A stretch of 64,000 nucleotides of DNA from an uncultured Bacteroidales bacterium (GTDB taxonomy: Bacteria > Bacteroidota > Bacteroidia > Bacteroidales > FEN-979): NCBI GenBank assembly GCA_903887775.1, contig CAISRB010000008.1:16629-80628 (forward strand), read 5' to 3'. The notes below the pieces were generated by a model. It worked only from the letters and a program-made list of their open reading frames with translations, had not been told where the DNA came from and made no database searches. Shown here piece after piece: positions 60,869 to 64,000 of this stretch. The translations under genes and the position numbers were made by a program. How positions within the stretch are numbered: position 1 is the first letter of the stretch; each line of letters begins with the position of its first letter.

Positions 60869-63277
60869 ATGAAACAATTCCTGTTATTCATACTATTGCT
60901 GATATCCTTTTCCGTATTCCCTTTTTCGGGGCTGCTGTCCCAGACTCATTCTCTTGTCAAGGGAAAGCTTACCGATGCATCGAACTCTGATCCGGTTGCA
61001 TTTGCAAATATTGGTATCAAGGGGAAATCAGGAGGCACTTTTACAGATAATAACGGGTTTTACAAGCTGGAAATTGAAAAGGGAGATCATATTATTGTGT
61101 TTTCCTGCATTGGTTATGAAAAACTTGAGCGTTCCATTAGTATTCTGGGTGATGGCAAACAAATCACACTTGATGTTCTGATCAATCCGACAACCCAGGA
61201 ACTGAATACCGTTATTGTTTCAGGTTCGAAGTATGAACAGAAAGTGGAGGAATCCATTGCCACCATTGACGTTCTCAAAGCTCAGACTATTCAGGCTTCC
61301 AATCCATCGAGCGTGGACCAGGCCATTGACAAGATCCCCGGGATTGCCATTGTTGATAATGAGCCCCAGATCAGGGGTGGAAGCGGTTTCAGCTCAGGGT
61401 TGGGCAGCAGGGTCATGGTGATGGTAGATGAAATTCCTATGATGAGAGGAGATGCAGGCAGGCCTGACTGGGGTTTTCTTCCGGTCGATGACGTGGAGCA
61501 GATCGAGCTGGTCAAAGGCGCTTCCTCAGTTGTATACGGATCTTCAGCTATCACGGGCGCCATTAACATCAGGACAGTGTATCCGAAGTCCATACCCGAA
61601 ACGAAGGTTAATTCCTTTATCGGGATTTACAGTGCTCCTCCGAGAAGCTACACGAAACCCTGGTCTGGTTTTAATCCGCTCCAGTATGGAGTTTCGGTTT
61701 CCCATCTCCAGCAGTTTGACAACATTGATGTAAGCATAGGCGCCAGTTATTTTCAGGACCAGGGTTATATTGGCGGGGTGCCTGAAGCAGCATCTGATAC
61801 TGCCTTTAACAAAGGAGAATTCATTAAACGGGCCAAGGTCTATTTCAATACGAGGGTGAGGAATAAGAAGGTGCCCGGGCTGACCTATGGTTTAAACGGG
61901 AATTTCATGTATAATCAAAGTGCAGATACGTATTTCTGGTATGATGCCGACACCAATATTTATCGTTCTTACCCGGGCGCATTGTCGTATTTTAAAGTGT
62001 TCAGCTTTTATGCCGATCCGTTTATAAAGTATTTTGATAAACTGGGGAACCAATTCAGTTTTAAAAACCGGGTTTACTACGGGAATACCAACGCTACCAA
62101 TAACCAGTCGAACCGGTATACCACCCTTTATGACGAGGTCAAATTCAGCAGAAGATTCAGTAAACTTGGTGATTTTACTGTTGTTGCAGGTATCGTGAAT
62201 ATCTTTTCTCATTCCGAGGGGCAGGTGTTTAGCGGTATTCTTGCACCAGACGGGACAACCTCGGCAAACCAATCGGGCCAATTCAACTCGGAAAACGCTT
62301 CAGTTTATGTCCAGCTATCCAAAAAGTTCTGGAAGCGTCTCACCATTGAAGCGGGAGCGAGGTACGAATATTACAATATTGCCGAACTTGTTGAAAGCAA
62401 GCCGATTTTCAGAGCCGGTCTGAACTTACAGGCTGCAAAGGGAACCTATATCAGGGCATCTGCCGGGCAGGGTTACCGTGCACCAAGCATCGGGGAGCGT
62501 TATATCACAACCAATTCGGGTGGCTTCGGTTTTTACCCGAATCCTACCCTGCAGTCGGAGAACTGTAATTCTTACGAAGTCGGGATCAAACAGGTCTTCA
62601 AGGTCGGAAAATTTGCGTCTATGTTCGACCTCGCAGGGTTTTATGAGGACTATTATAATTATATAGAATTCAACTTCGGGATGTGGGGCCATAGTTCGAA
62701 CTTTCAGAAAAACATGGGTTTCAAGTTCCTGAATACAGGCCCTGCCCGCATCTATGGCTTGGATTTTACATATGCAGGCGAAGGAAAGCTGGCAAAGGAT
62801 CTTGAACTCTCGGTGCTGATAGGATACACGTATACGGTCCCTGAGGCAACAAAACCTAATTACGTTTATTATGTAAACGATGGCCCTCCGAAAGTTTCTT
62901 ATACCTATGCAAATACATCATCTGACACCACCGGGAATATTTTAAAATACAGGATACAGAACCTGGTAAAATCGGATTTCCAGTTTACCTTTAAAAAACG
63001 TTTTTCGGCAGGGATCACTGGAAGATATTACGGTTATATGCAGAATATTGACATCTTTCTTTACAGTCTGGACAAAGCAATGCATTCAGGTATAGTTAAA
63101 TACCGCGAACAGCATCATGACGGCAATTTTATCGTTGATTTCAGGATGGGATATGCGTTTGGGATTTTCAAGGTCTCGGTGATGGTCAATAACGTTATGA
63201 ATACCGAATACTCCCTGAGGCCGGTTACAATTGAGGCTCCAAGGACGACCTCTGTCCAGTTATTGTTAAATATCTGA
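60869..63277 (+). CDS. TonB-dependent receptor with an N-terminal CarboxypepD_reg-like domain
   Basis: 802 aa. LVKGKLTDASNSDPVAFANIGIKGKSGGTFTDNNGFY, a plug (IRGGSGF.. VELVKGASSVVYGS) and a C-terminal beta-barrel. Confidence 0.85.
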   Translation: MKQFLLFILLLISFSVFPFSGLLSQTHSLVKGKLTDASNSDPVAFANIGIKGKSGGTFTDNNGFYKLEIEKGDHIIVFSCIGYEKLERSISILGDGKQITLDVLINPTTQELNTVIVSGSKYEQKVEESIATIDVLKAQTIQASNPSSVDQAIDKIPGIAIVDNEPQIRGGSGFSSGLGSRVMVMVDEIPMMRGDAGRPDWGFLPVDDVEQIELVKGASSVVYGSSAITGAINIRTVYPKSIPETKVNSFIGIYSAPPRSYTKPWSGFNPLQYGVSVSHLQQFDNIDVSIGASYFQDQGYIGGVPEAASDTAFNKGEFIKRAKVYFNTRVRNKKVPGLTYGLNGNFMYNQSADTYFWYDADTNIYRSYPGALSYFKVFSFYADPFIKYFDKLGNQFSFKNRVYYGNTNATNNQSNRYTTLYDEVKFSRRFSKLGDFTVVAGIVNIFSHSEGQVFSGILAPDGTTSANQSGQFNSENASVYVQLSKKFWKRLTIEAGARYEYYNIAELVESKPIFRAGLNLQAAKGTYIRASAGQGYRAPSIGERYITTNSGGFGFYPNPTLQSENCNSYEVGIKQVFKVGKFASMFDLAGFYEDYYNYIEFNFGMWGHSSNFQKNMGFKFLNTGPARIYGLDFTYAGEGKLAKDLELSVLIGYTYTVPEATKPNYVYYVNDGPPKVSYTYANTSSDTTGNILKYRIQNLVKSDFQFTFKKRFSAGITGRYYGYMQNIDIFLYSLDKAMHSGIVKYREQHHDGNFIVDFRMGYAFGIFKVSVMVNNVMNTEYSLRPVTIEAPRTTSVQLLLNI

Positions 63278-63309
63278 TAACAGATTACTAATCAAATAAA
63301 TTTATACAG

Positions 63310-64000
63310 ATGAAAAAATCACTCTTACTTTTTGCTATTCTTTATCTCGGACTGAATGGTTTCAGCCAGCAGTCATCACTCCCCAACGGCAATTTTGAAT
63401 CCTGGTGGCAGAAGCCGAACTGGGGTTATTGGGAACCCAACGGCGGTTTTTTTCATACCCTGAATATCCTGGATACTGTGCCAACTTCAGCAGGTGTTAC
63501 CGTATACCGTAGCAGCGATACTGCACATGGCGGAAATTATTCGGCACGTTGTATCACCAGGCTGATGGTTATTGCTTACCCCCTGGTTGTCACAATCCCG
63601 GGCGTAATAGGAACTTTGAATATCAATTGGGTAAAGTCAGCGGCTGTCCTTGGAGAAAAATTTAACTGGACTACGAAGCCGGAGCGATTCCAGGGCTGGT
63701 ACCAGTCATATCCCCTGAATGGTGATTCAACCGGAGCGATCATCCTTCTGTCAAAATGGAACACCGGAACACATAAAAGGGATACCATAGCATACAACCG
63801 GCTTGTTTTCAAGAGTGTTGTGAATTCATGGACCCAGTTTGATGCCGCAATAACATACCGGAATAATACTACCATGCCTGATTCCATTACTGTTCTCTTA
63901 CTCTCATGCGCAGGTTACGACGCAGCGAATATGATGGGATCGGTAGGGCAGCCGGGCAGCCAGGCTTATTTCGATGATGTCACTATAACGAATGTGGCGG
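63310..64000 (+). CDS. Secreted protein, PCMD-like (putative carbohydrate-metabolism-domain) fragment; runs off the right edge
   Basis: Not in the ORF track. Manual translation gives MKKSLLLFAILYLGLNGFSQQSSLPNGNFESWW..GGNYSARCIT..PERFQGWYQSYP..AYFDDVTITNVA. The family call is from memory and is weak. Confidence 0.4.
   Translation, partial: MKKSLLLFAILYLGLNGFSQQSSLPNGNFESWWQKPNWGYWEPNGGFFHTLNILDTVPTSAGVTVYRSSDTAHGGNYSARCITRLMVIAYPLVVTIPGVIGTLNINWVKSAAVLGEKFNWTTKPERFQGWYQSYPLNGDSTGAIILLSKWNTGTHKRDTIAYNRLVFKSVVNSWTQFDAAITYRNNTTMPDSITVLLLSCAGYDAANMMGSVGQPGSQAYFDDVTITNVA

Noticed and set aside
1-64000. Search for mobile genetic elements, prophage, toxin-antitoxin, restriction-modification or other defence systems.
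   Set aside because: No ORF shows transposase, integrase, recombinase, nuclease/methylase, phage structural or known defence-system motifs. The only mobility hint is the MITE-like signature at 53312-53409, which is reported separately.

Overview
This 64-kb window looks like chromosomal DNA from an anaerobic Bacteroidota-type bacterium. The taxon call rests on two SusC/SusD pairs, three CarboxypepD_reg-type TonB-dependent proteins, a T9SS C-terminal sorting domain and TAnnTTTG-like -7 boxes. I support about 55 protein genes. I see no rRNA, tRNA, CRISPR array, transposase, integrase or phage gene. Housekeeping genes include queA, tatA, pssA, lptB, kdsD, recQ, hisS, ettA, an lptF/G-family permease and ccmBCDE. 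Four things stand out. (1) At 1-12084 there is a mostly minus-strand island combining two HdrA-like flavoproteins (one carrying an inserted GltD/NfnB-like NAD(P)H module), MvhD, TusA, two DsrE2-like proteins, a single-Cys TusE/DsrC-like protein, an SQR-like flavoprotein with a DUF1641 partner, a class-V cysteine desulfurase-like enzyme and a NifX-like protein. An FNR-type regulator is embedded in it, and matching TGTGA-N6-TCACA palindromes sit in its intergenic regions. This is my best candidate for an uncharacterised system: a redox-coupled cytoplasmic sulfur-carrier relay. (2) At 26458-33277, iorAB is followed by a serine-palmitoyltransferase-like oxoamine synthase, an extended SDR and two paralogous about 375-aa GNAT-like proteins. 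A third paralog lies at 53413. This is a candidate sphingolipid-like or other amino-lipid operon. (3) Dispersed intergenic repeat families are present: GCGAAAA-type heptamer arrays that often form long hairpins, other heptamer microsatellites, and a conserved 68-nt hairpin element in two copies. (4) A histidine ammonia-lyase homologue carries Ala-Cys-Gly in place of the MIO-forming Ala-Ser-Gly and sits next to two paralogous small membrane proteins. All functional calls come from reading the translated ORFs and from motif memory. No database search was possible.
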